Shown here one piece after another: positions 39,431-51,016 of a stretch of DNA of 64,000 nt; the first letter of the stretch is position 1; each line of letters begins with the position of its first letter. The DNA comes from Takakia lepidozioides. Taxonomy: Eukaryota; Plantae; Bryophyta. A program made the position numbers and the translations under genes. The stretch is taken from contig CM060732.1 in NCBI GenBank assembly GCA_030704615.1, forward strand, positions 41,602,001-41,666,000, in the 5' to 3' direction. The notes beneath the pieces were generated by a model. The model made no database searches. It worked only from the letters and a program-made list of their open reading frames with translations, and had not been told where the DNA came from.

Positions 39431-40542
39431 TTTCTTTTGTTAAGAAGTCCATGCTGCTGGAGGGAATTGTTGTGGGGTGTATGACACAAGGATGCTCAGC
39501 GAGGTATGGTAGGGAGGCTTTCCACATACATTAACAAGCAATGCGGGCACTACATCTTTGTTCTCAGGGGGTGGGGCAGTTGATGAGGCAGAGAACTTAA
39601 TTAACAAAGTACCAAAGCAGATGCTAACACCATCCAGTTGGCTTTGTTTCCAAAAGCTAGATTGAGAATGTACTCATAAGACGTAATGTACGCCTTTCTG
39701 TGTGTTTGAAAGACAGAGAGCAGCAGTGTTACTTTCTTTTCGGTCATAGCTCTTTAAGCTTGTGGTCCAGTAGTAAAGAGTTTCTGTCAGGCCTTATGTC
39801 CCTCATACTAATTTTCATCTTTCTCTTATTCTTCGGGTTTTGGTTTTGTTTCCTCTCCCATGTTTTCTTCCATTTTGTCCCATAAGCTCTATGAGCTTTC
39901 CGCACTGTTGTCCTCCCCACTTCCCGGTAAAACTAAGCCTTGCAAGCCTTCATCAAGTGTGGTGGGCAGCTGGGAGTCCCACTCAGCTTCCTCCATTGCG
40001 TCATCATCACTGTTCTCTAGGAAATCCTCATTGGCTTTTCTCACTAAAGCATCCAGTGGCTTGCAGCTGCATACCCAGTTTATGCAATGATTCACCCAGA
40101 AGCGCTTGGCAGCTGGGCTTAGTTTCTGTCATCAACGATGAGACCAATCTCAGCAAGCGATTAATCCTTGACAGAGAGAACCACATACACATAAGAGATA
40201 TAAAGCACTCTATTTCTATTTCTCTTAGTGTCCTTGTTACAAAGCACAAGATTGAGTAGTCTTTGGGTAACGAGAGTCTTGTATTCAGTTGAATGCTCTA
40301 TCCATGTTGGCCTTCATGTGCAAGGAGTACTGCTTTTAGTTCAGTGGGCTCCAACAATTGAAGAACAATAGCAGAAGACCAGATAGCAAAATCTGTTGGA
40401 CCTCATGGTTTAAACAAAGACCACACAATGGTGGATAAATTTTTCCTCTCACTCAAGTTGCTCATAAACTTGTCACTCCCGACACCCATTTTACCTGTGA
40501 TCTTCATGACTGAGGATGGAATGACCTTGATCCAACAGTCAA

Positions 40543-42661
40543 GAGAATGCACTCATAAGACGTTGTTTGCCGTAGCCTTGTGGCCATTGACCCCGCGCCC
40601 AGTTTGAGCGGAACAGAAAGGGACAGAACCTACCTCAGTCAGGGGCTGAGGTCGGTAGTAAGACTTACCTTGATAAAGGACATTGATTCAGGTTTTCCAG
40701 ATATCCTCTAGAAATCCCTTCACACAAGCATCAATCTGCTGTGTGTGATTTGCCCAAAAACTAGGCCTCAGAAGGGCCTGGGCTTTTGGCTCAGCCTCGA
40801 GACTTTCAAAGTTGGTAAACAGAGGTACAGGCACAATTCTCTTGATAGATTGGAGGAGAGCTTCTCTCTGGTGAGAGTACCCCGGACAATGAATCAGAAA
40901 ATGAATATTGTCTTCGGGTTGCCCACACAACGGGCAATTGCACTCTCCCTTTCCTCTCTGCTTCTGTTTACTGTTCAAAGGTAGGCTTCCTGCCCTGAGT
41001 TTAAATTTCAGTCTGGTGCCGAGAGTGGGTAGACCCTTGAGGTCATCCATGATATCCTCCCCCATGTCACAGACTGGGGTTCAGGGAAGTTTTCTGCCTA
41101 ACTTCATTTCCATCAGACAATTTTCTGGTAACAGACATGGCTTTGGACACTACAGTCTCTAAGTCAGATTTATCCAGCAAGGTCAAGACTTGCGGGTCCA
41201 GATTCAGATCCTTGAGAATCTCTTCTACTGCCAGGACTTAGCCTGTTTGACAGGGCGGTCCTGTTTCCAAGATATAGATTGATTAACTTAGGGTATCTGG
41301 TGTTGGACATGTGTTGCAACTGACCCCACCATCTGACCTTGAATTCATCTCGTCGGGAGCTTAAGGAAGGGATGCCAAACTCACCCCGAACAGCCACATT
41401 GGCTGTTTTGGAGCATGCTGACATGCACTCCTTAAGCACCCCCACTTGAATGGCCAGAGACTTAGCCTGGTTGGAGTTATCAACCCATATAGCAGATCCG
41501 TACTCCAAGGCAGGTCTAATAACGCGGCAAAGCAAGGTTTTCTTGACCTCAGAGTTAATCCCTCTGCAGTGGAAAAATTTAGTGAGACTCGGCGCTTTGC
41601 CCTTGCCAGTTTGAACAACATTCGGGATATGTGCATCCCAGTTACAGTTGGAGAAAAACTCAACGCCCAGGTATGTGTAGGAGAGGACTGGAATCTCCTT
41701 GCTACCCAACTGCCACTTAAGATCACTTCCTCCCTCTCCTCTGTCATTGAATGCCACCACTGCACATTTACTGACATTAGCCTCTAGCCCCCAAAGATCA
41801 AAGTATCTCTTCGCACAATCAATCAATTCCTGGGGATTGGAAGGATTCTCCCCTATGCCTGCGAAGTCATCCGCAAACATAAGGGCTGGAATGGTGGCAT
41901 CACCCACCCTTAACCCAAATCCCTCACGTTCCACATCCTCGAGGAGTTGATTGATGAAAACATTGAAGAGCAGAGGGGAGAGGGTACATCCTTGAGCTAC
42001 ATCTTGGTCTAGGTCAAAGAAGTTAGACTTCTGTCCATTAACAGTGACAGCTTTTGGTGTGAGCATACAAGTTATGGACAACTCTCCACATTTTTCCCTT
42101 GATCCCGCAACACCAGAGGCGGAGCCATAGACCATCTCTCCACACTGTGTCATAAGCCTTTTTGACATCCAAGAAAAAAACATAAGTGGGTTTCCCTTCT
42201 TTTTTCCTTCCCTGGATAATCTGGCTTAGAGTGAAGATATGATCCACACAGCCCCTGTTTCGCCGAAAGCCAGCTTGGCCTTCGTGAAAACAACCTCTAG
42301 ATTCCAGATCGAGACGAGTACTTATAACTCTGCAAAATATCTTGCCAACAGCATTGAGAAGCGTGATGCCACGATAGTTCCCCGTGTCCTCTCTGTCACC
42401 CTTCTTATATAGATTGACAATGACCCCCTGTCGCCAGCGAAAGGGGATCATTTCAGTCTTCCAGATAAGGTTAGAGAGGAGAACTAGGGCCTCTATCATG
42501 GGATTGCCACCGTGCTTGATAAGCTCGTTGATTATGCCATCAGGACCACCTGCTTTATATCCATTTAGATGTTCAATTGCTTCCACAATCTCAGAAGAAC
42601 TAATGGGAGCGTTGTAGGCCTTTGAAATATACTCCAGTTCATCAGGGCTGTTTTGAATCAT
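40543..42661 (-). mobile_element. 5'-truncated non-LTR retrotransposon (LINE, RTE/RTEX-like): RT plus C-terminal CCHC finger
   Basis: KAGGPDGI, NYRGITLL, QAGFR, FLDVKKAYDTV, AQGCTLSPLLFN, FADD, YLGV and CPLC...EDNIHFLIHC. Frameshifts are present and the endonuclease is missing. The clade call is tentative. Confidence 0.92.
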
Positions 42662-44154
42662 AGGAACAGTTATCTAGGAACAGTTATCATAGGAACAGTT
42701 ACTGTGTCCTTCCATTCATCAGAGGACCCTCACTGTTAGACCTAGAAGTTCTGCCAAGGATACTTTAGTTGGTTTCAAAGGTTTTGACAATGTCAACCGA
42801 TGAAGTGCACCAGAGAGTTTCCTCATCACACACATATCTAGGAATGCCGTACTGCAAGTAATTTTACACGTGACAGGATACATAACACATCAGGAAAGTG
42901 ACTATAACCACTTGCTGGTCGAAGATTGTGGGCAAGAACCAGAATTCTTTGATAAAAAGATACTTAGTTCTTCAAAAGTACCCTACAGTTTAGGACTCCT
43001 CCATCAGAGGGTTTTGGCAGTATACTCATATCGGCACCCGGTCACTCAGGAGGTCCTTGAGATGCCAGTTCGAGTTCTTGCATGCTCGCGGACACTCATG
43101 GCATCTGAAAATATCTATCAAAGTCTTTTCCCATGGTATATTCTGGGTTGAGTAGTCAGCTGAGGGATCAAGTGACAAGACAAACTATGGTTGATGTGAC
43201 CAGGGAGGACAGACCCATGAGTAAACAGGGAACCATGGGAGCACCATGGGAGCAGCACTACCATGCACATATCCAATATTAGATGCAAAATTATAACTCA
43301 TATTATTATTGCTGGCTGATCCTACAGCAGTGGCATCATCTCGCAAAGATTAAAGGGATTGTCTCCAAGAAGAGTGGAAGATCAATGTTGAGTATTATAT
43401 GATTTCTCCGGAACTCCCTTCTGTTGGACATGTGCCAGTCGAGAGAAAGTCAGAATGGTAGCTACCTCAAGGAAATGCTCTGGCGCAAACGGAGTGTTTT
43501 CGTCTGCATCCTGCTGCATAGAGGAGATTGAACAATTCGACCTCCTCCCTGCATTTCCGTGATTCAATTCTTGGCCTGTGTGTCTGCAGCCGTAAGCATC
43601 ACTTTTGGAACGGAAAGAAAGACTCCAGGCCTCACTCGAAGTGGAAATGCTGGAGTCTCTTAGTTAGTGATGTGGCAACCCTTCATGTAGAGAAAAATGT
43701 TTGGGGGATTCTTTGTACCTGTCGATAGTGGAATCCATTCTTGGCTTTGTCCAAGATTTTGGCATGATATCTGGTACTTGAATGAGCAGATCCTACTATG
43801 TCTGTGGAATGGAAGATTGTTGTATACAGCACTGACGAGATCAACAAGCAGGAACTTCGGGGTGTCCTTCACTAGCCATTGAATTGGAGGAATTTGCGGA
43901 GGAATGTATGGAGAAGGATAGGTTAGTGTTGACAGGATTCAGACTGTTGCTTTATGGGGACAACAGCTGAAGGCATCATCCACAGTCATTAAGGCACAAC
44001 GAACGAAGAGTCGACGAAAAAGACTGAAGCCTTCTTGGATGTTAGACATCACCTCATCAGATGCAAAGATGGGAGGGAGCAACCAAATCGTTTATGACCG
44101 GGCAGCCGCTGGTGGGTTAGTCGGTTTTTGGATTCAAGCCTCAGTCTTCGCAGA

Positions 44155-47100
44155 ATGGGTGCCAGTGCTTCTTCCGCGAATGTTACCGAGAAGAGCCTTC
44201 ATGAATTCACAGTGAAGGTGTGGTGGTGACCACGGAGGGATCTATTATAATCACTTTTCTAATGCTGGAGATAACACATTTGTTTGTTTCCTCCGTATTC
44301 GATATATCATAACCCATGTTCGATGCAGGATTATTGGCCTGTGTTTCCAAAAAGCAATTCTTAGGTGAACCAATGTCACTCGAAATGCTGATGCATTTGT
44401 AGAAGGATGTGCTCTCACAACTTGTACCGACCTTTCTTTTGGCATCTGTGACCTGCACAATGATCTTTGCTGGAGAACTAGATAACTATATGGAATTCAT
44501 AAGGTGTCACGCTTCATCAATAGCTTCAATGTGGTTACTCTACCTGGCTTGTGCCAGTTTCGATCCCATTGTCGATGGACTGCAGCACGTTTGATTTTAA
44601 GAAAAGAACCCCTTTCTGAAGTTGTTGCGCATTCGCTGTCTGCTTTCGGCTTGCAGCGGCTCGAAAACATGTCACAGCGCTGTGGCTGTTCTGAATCACA
44701 GTGTTTCCAACTGAGAGCGAAAGCGTTCTCAGGGAAATCCAGCCAGCATTGGCCAAAAGGCCGTAGTTTACTAGGGTGACAAACAAAGGTGGTATAATGT
44801 ATTTTTTAGGATTGATAGTAACGCGGCGGGTGGGTCTGATAACCACCTACAAGTTTTGAATACAGATCAGCACACACCTCGGAGCAATCTTTCCCTGATG
44901 TGGAAGTCCTTTCGCAGCAGCATTCTTTCCTTAGTTTCCCCCCTTCAAAGTTCATATATGTTGCGCACCACATGAACTTTGAAGTGTGCAGTTTTTTTAG
45001 TTGAATAAATTCCAGATTGTACACCCCACAAAGTAGGAAGCAATCGTGAGGCTAAGGACGAGGGCTCACAGAGAGAAAACCTGCTGGACGGGGGAGGTTC
45101 AGTTCTAGTACCAATCTTTACAATGCAAATCGACACAAAAGGTCTGCATAATCAGGATTTATGCTCCAGTTAGTGGAAATCCTCTCCCAGCTGGTTCATG
45201 CAATGATGCCGAGACAAAATGGTCCGTCTGCTGTTTACAGCTGTATGTGGGGGTTGCAATGTGTGGGGAGTAAGAGATTTCTCATAGATTTTGCTTTGCA
45301 GCCGTAGACTGTACACTGAGTCCGGACGGAGCATCAAAAGGGAGGAGAGATAGAGAGAGAACAGGGGTACTCAGTAGAATTTTCTTGCTGCTACTATGGG
45401 GCAATAGACCCCGCACCCAGTTTGGATGGAGCTGCAGAGAAGGGGAGGAGAGAGTGGGGCAAACCGTGTAGACGCAGTCAACCGACTCTGGTTTAAAGTT
45501 CACCGAGCATAAGCCCTGGAAGGCCCTTTTAGATCGTTTTTTAGTCCAACTCGATTGTTAAAGGCCGTGAAGAAGCTTGGAGTAGATCATTTTTGCTGGG
45601 CTTCAACTCAGCACTTGTTCCCCTCTGACATTACAAACCTTGGCTATTTTCTCTTCCTTCCCTAGGATATGAAAGGTAAGGAGACAAGCAAGAAATTAAA
45701 GTTGGGTTGCAATTGGTTTCTTATAAGTTTTGCAGCTGACAAGGACTTCAAATGATTGAGTGCAGGACAATGCCGGCAACGATGTGGATTTGAGCACGTA
45801 CAAGGGCAAAGTGTTACTGGTTGTGAACGTTGCCTCCCAATGGTATATCTCTTTATTCACCATGATTATTTTGCTATCTGTGATGCCCAATGTCAGAGTT
45901 GCCATGATCAGTTCTCAACTCTGTGACCACCTGCAATTCACAAATAAATTGACCATGTTTCCAATTAATTACCTCTCTTCATGTCCAGATATCCCTGGTT
46001 TCTGCTGGACGTCTGGTGAATGGGCATTCAGCACTTCCAGGAGGCCTACAAGAGGGAAATTACAAAATTACATGTAAAGAGTTGTTAAAAACATGTTGAC
46101 AAGTGTATTGATGCTTGAGGATGCAATGGCCCTCTGTACTTGAATTCGAAAGGGTTTGTATTGAAGGGCTCTTCATTGGCTCACCTACCAATACAGTTCT
46201 CCTTTTAATGATTTGAGACTCTTGTCTGCTAAATGTTGTCAGGGCCTGCAAAGGTTGGCTTCTCTCGGTAGAATCCAGAATCTCCGAGATGAGCAATGGC
46301 TGATAGGCTGTGGGATTGTTGGGTGAGGCCAACAGTGGGTTGACACAGACCAATTACACAGAGCTCACAGCGCTGTACAACAAGTACAAGGACAATGGTA
46401 AGAGGCTTGTTTCCAGAATGACATGACATACTGTTGTAATTCGGTTTGTCTCAGATATTCAAATTCATGCAGCTTCTGTATATATTTTGAGCTAGATAGA
46501 TTGAATGCTCACCACTAGCTTGCCGTATATCCTTCTGAGATCTATGCAAGCAAATAGGTGTTCTTCCACTTTTAACGGCATCGCTTACTAGAAAATGGGC
46601 TAGTGCAGGTTTTGAGATCTTGGCATTTCCATCAAACCAGTTCGGAGGGCAGGAACCTGGAACAAACGAACAAATTAAGGAGTTTGCTTGCAGCAGATTC
46701 AAGGCTGAATACCGTATTTTTGACAAGGTGTGCCCCACCCCCCTCTTCCTTTTTCCCTCTTAGTGTACAGTGTGGCCTGCACCCCATAGCCCATTTGCTA
46801 TGGGAAATCAACATTATGCTCTCAAGTATGCTCACATAATTGTCACCAGATTGACAGTCACTTTGCACAACTGGTAGAGTATGCCATAACCATCCTTACA
46901 GGCAAGAGTCATTGAAATATCTCTCTTTCCCCTTGAGGTTCATCCACAGTGGGCAGATACACTTTGACAGTCTTATGCTCCAGAACTTGAGGAACACTTT
47001 GGTTGGATAAACTATGATCACTGCTGGAATCATTCAAGTAATCTGTCAGTCACCCTTATGGAATGAGTATCTCGTACCTTTTTTTATGACTAATGAGTGA

Positions 47101-47668
47101 GTTGATGTCGGTCAGATTCACCCAGTTACAGTCTTTGTAGCGCAGTCTCACAAGAATTTGGATGTTTTCAGTGTCTGAGTCTTATATTGTCTGCTTGGCA
47201 GATTGATGTGAATGGGCCAAACCAAGCACCTTTGTACAAATTTCTGAAGGCGACCAAAGGGGGAATGCTGGGTGCACTGGGTGACAGAATCAAGTGGAAC
47301 TTCGCTAAGTTTCTTATAGACAAGGACGGTATAGTGGTGGAGCGCTATCCCCCCACAACTTCTCCCTTGAAGCTCGAGGTAGAGAGTCGTCTTTCTTTAA
47401 TGTCTGTCTACTTCCTGGTCATGTATCTGAGGATTTCTCTTGCCACTCAGAAATCACACTTTGTTGTCTCTCTTTCTTTCTCACTTCGGTCTGTCATCTT
47501 GCATTCCCTTTCTCTGCTATCAAATATGTTTCGGAGTTTTAGAGAGGTGTCTGGAACTGAAATCCCACTCACGGAAAAACCTGTAGGGGTTTGGATCCAC
47601 CTAATTTTTGAGTTGTTGTGTTGCCTCTGTGAATGCAGAAGGGGATCAAGAAATTGCTGCGTGTGTAA
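44155..47668 (+). CDS. GPX: Glutathione peroxidase-like (thioredoxin-dependent plant GPX), GPX4/5-type N-terminus, 175 aa
   Basis: Exons 44155-44217, 45766-45842 (77 bp), 46336-46397 (62 bp), 46609-46727 (119 bp), 47202-47378 and 47639-47668 follow the canonical plant GPX exon sizes. Motifs MGASAS...[32 protein letters not shown] and KWNFAKFL. Confidence 0.93.
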
Positions 47669-48391
47669 GACTACCGTCCAGATTGAAGTTGACTACAAGG
47701 ATTAAAACGTTAAAAGTACACGAACGGAGAGGTGTAAAGGTATCATGGACTTGGGTTTCAAAAATACCCTTGGTCTTAAAGTCCCTCCAGGTTGATATTT
47801 GGCTTGGAGCTGCTACTTTCTAAGCAAACTCAACCTTTATGTGGTACTTCTTTTACTCGCAAATGAGATGATAATAGTCAGGAAGAGGGAAATGGGTTTG
47901 ACATTATGACCAAAGATCTTTCCATGTTTACCAGTGAAGACACTCTATTAATTCAAAGTGACATATATTGTAGAGACGACTATGCATAGTTTTCAGACTG
48001 GTGCTGATCCTGGCCTCAAGGTTTTGTCACTTGTGTGGACCAACACCTGCTTGGCACAAACCCCCAAATGTTGAGCTTGCAGTCTTTGAGGCAGAACAGT
48101 GAGGGCCACACATGGCAGTACGGAAGTGGATGTTTTGACTTACGTTTTCTGCCCTACAGCCATATCATTGACTTCCAGGCCAATTTGTACCATGGGGTGC
48201 CTGGCAGATATTGTCTGATGCAATTTTGCCTGCCATCGCAGAGAATGTCCACTCTTCAATTTAGATTGTTTTGCCTGTGTGATCGAATTATCAGTTTCCC
48301 GCCGATTGTTTCCCATCCTTCCTGTGGGACACCCCAAAGGAGACCCCAAAGGAGAGACTTGCCGCTTTCCCTTAATAAGTTCTGGGACACT

Positions 48392-48448
48392 ACAGCACTT
48401 ACTAAGTTCTTTGAATAATCACAGCACTACTAAGTTCTTTGAATAATT
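48392..48448 (+). repeat. Short tandem duplication (~28 bp x2)
   Basis: acagcact(t)actaagttctttgaataat occurs twice. Confidence 0.8.
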
Positions 48449-49347
48449 GAGAAGCCTCTCATGGAACATTTATGGGGAACACGATTTCTTCATACAAGTT
48501 TTGCATCTCTCAGATTTTTGGTCAGTGTCACATCAATGAAACAGATGTGCCTCCACACAGGTGGAGAGTCACCAAGCCTGTTATGGGGCATCCTGTATTT
48601 ACACTCATCCCACTTGTTCTTACATCCAACAACGTTCAACATCGTTGCTGGTCTTGACTAACAGCAGTGAAATAGTCTCTGAGGTAGGCAATTACATCAG
48701 TCTGACCGGCCAAAGGATTGAACATTGTGTTGTAGTATTGTTGATATGTAAAAGGGCAAAGAATACAAAAAGGATGGTGATATCAAGTACATTCACCAGT
48801 GGCACTCATGCCCAAGTTAGAAGTGATGATATACTGGTCAGCCCTCATTTTATTGAGACCAGAGAATCACTAGAATGTGACCACATGATGACACATTGCA
48901 GTAAATGACATACAACGATCCCCACCACAACTGCTATTAACTGATGGAACAAGTATTGCTTGACAATCTGTGCTCTCTTCTGACAATGCTGGCACCACTA
49001 TGGCCAGCTCAGTCTTCTGCCTCCAAAGGAAAAAATAGTAGTATTTTCAATGGCTAATGTACATTGGGAAGACCAGTTGGCCAACCCACATTTCTATGGA
49101 AGTGCACAGCTTGTACGCAGATCTAAGCTGCTAATTAACTTTTACACGCAGGTATCCTGCAGGCCCATGAAGAAGAGCACAACAATGAGTGTGCTGCGGT
49201 GTCTGGCCCCATCATCAATTCAAACATAGGCTCTCACTAATTGATACATTTGCATGCCCAAATGAGCCAATCAGGAAGCAATTCTATGCAAATAGCATCC
49301 ACTAGAGCAGAATAAGACAGTAGTAATCCACTCGCCCTCTTCACTAT

Positions 49348-51016
49348 TCATTTTCTGGCTGCCTTGGCAGCTTGTGCCCATTGGACTGTGGCCCAGGCCA
49401 GAGCATCTGTTGGGTCGATGCACTTCCGGAGAAGAGGATCATCAGGTGCAAATGCGGTTGGCGTGTCATGGCAAGCAAGAACTACCATGTTTACTGCATT
49501 CACAATTAATAACTGAACAGCGATGCGAAGCAGATTCCTTGCACCCTCCATATCACCCCGGTGGAGAGCTCTTATGCCAGGAACAACAGCATGCTCCAGT
49601 GTTGCTTTGTCAGGCAATGCAACTTCAAAGCCCTGTACAAACATTTAACCAAACAGATTTATTGATTGTCTTGACCTTAAAATTCCATTAACACTCTAAC
49701 GGAATTCAGACCAGAAAATTTGATGGGGCAATTCCAGACAGGACGATAGGATTCAAAACAGTAATGACATCCTCGAGCCAGAATCCACCCTCACTGGAAC
49801 CGACCCATACCCAGGAAACATTTCTGGCAGTCTGTTCCTCAATCTACCCAGACTAGAAGGAGAACTTCCAGCCTGTGCGTGCAAATTCCTGCTACTAAGG
49901 GGATTCTACTTCAGAAGAGTTATGGCCCTCTGCAGTAAAAAAGATACCCACATCTTGAAGCCTTCAAATGAACAAGCAACTATGGCGTGGGAAAGGGAAT
50001 AGGTCAGCAAGAGATATACAAAAGCAAGCTCAATTTTGACCGGTATCATACTCTTCCTGATCCACTTGGCAGACTCACCATCCCTTCAAGACAATCCAAG
50101 TATGTAGTGCTCTACAAACCTGCTCTATAAGTTTCTGCTGATAAAATCCAGCTCCCAGAGTTGCTTCTGTGCCAAGGACCCCGATCTTGACCTTGCTCCC
50201 TGCCTCTATCGGTCGCAAATTTGCTGCGTTCAACTCGTCGACCACACAGTCTCCAATGTGCAGAAAGGGAACCGTGCAATCCTGTGTCAGCTGGTCGTAA
50301 AACATATGGGAGGCATGGCAGGGCATTACTATTAGCCGCGCACCAGCTCGTTCCAGAAACCTCCTCTTCTCAAGTAAGGCGGAGAGAGGAGAGCTTTCAT
50401 CAACGTCTTGCAACTTTGACGCGCAAGGATGGGACTCATCCGTTGCCCTCCAGACAGGAGCAACTTTCTGTGTGACATGCGGGTCACTGCAGACCAGGAA
50501 GGGTATAATATCACTCTCCCTCGGTGTGGCTGCGACAACTTTCCTCAAGAAGTCGACCGTGGCCAGTGCGGCCATTCCCCCCAAAATGCCAACAGTGTTG
50601 GAGTGCGTGAATGCATATTGATGCCCTGATACGGGAGAAACGGTGTGCAGGTCAAGCCTGCCATTGGTATCGTGACTTGCAACTCCATCTTCGATGCTTT
50701 CCCTCAACCTGGAGGACTCCAAGGCTCGGGGAGTCAATTCCAAAGACTTCTTCCCAATGAGCACTTGCGGATCTGAAATTTTACGGGTGCTGTCGGCATT
50801 GATGGGATCACGAGAACAAAACGGGTACCATGACAGATTGTGATGTGAAAATCTTCTGCAATCCCAGCGGTCAATGCCATAAGATCCCCAAATTCTGGAC
50901 TGCGTGTCTGACAACGCACTTGACAATCTCAGCTGACAACTGGGAGATCTAACAACGCTACTTCCGACAGGACTAACCTCTATATTTACGAAGGAATGGC
51001 ATAGTGCGTCCCGCAT
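49348..51016 (-). CDS. PLP-independent aspartate/glutamate racemase family protein with N-terminal extension, ~393 aa
   Basis: Exons 51016-50120 and 49632-49348 (phase 0, GT-AG). Motifs TVGILGGM..LATVDF, LERAGARLIVMPCH, VPFLHI, IGVLGT.ATL..GFYQ and VVLACHD.P...IDPTDALA. The start codon is inferred, with a probable 5'UTR-intron acceptor at ~51086. Confidence 0.88.

Noticed and set aside
42700-44100. Short ORFs upstream of GPX
   Set aside because: No motifs or consistent frame; probably GPX upstream/UTR sequence or old debris
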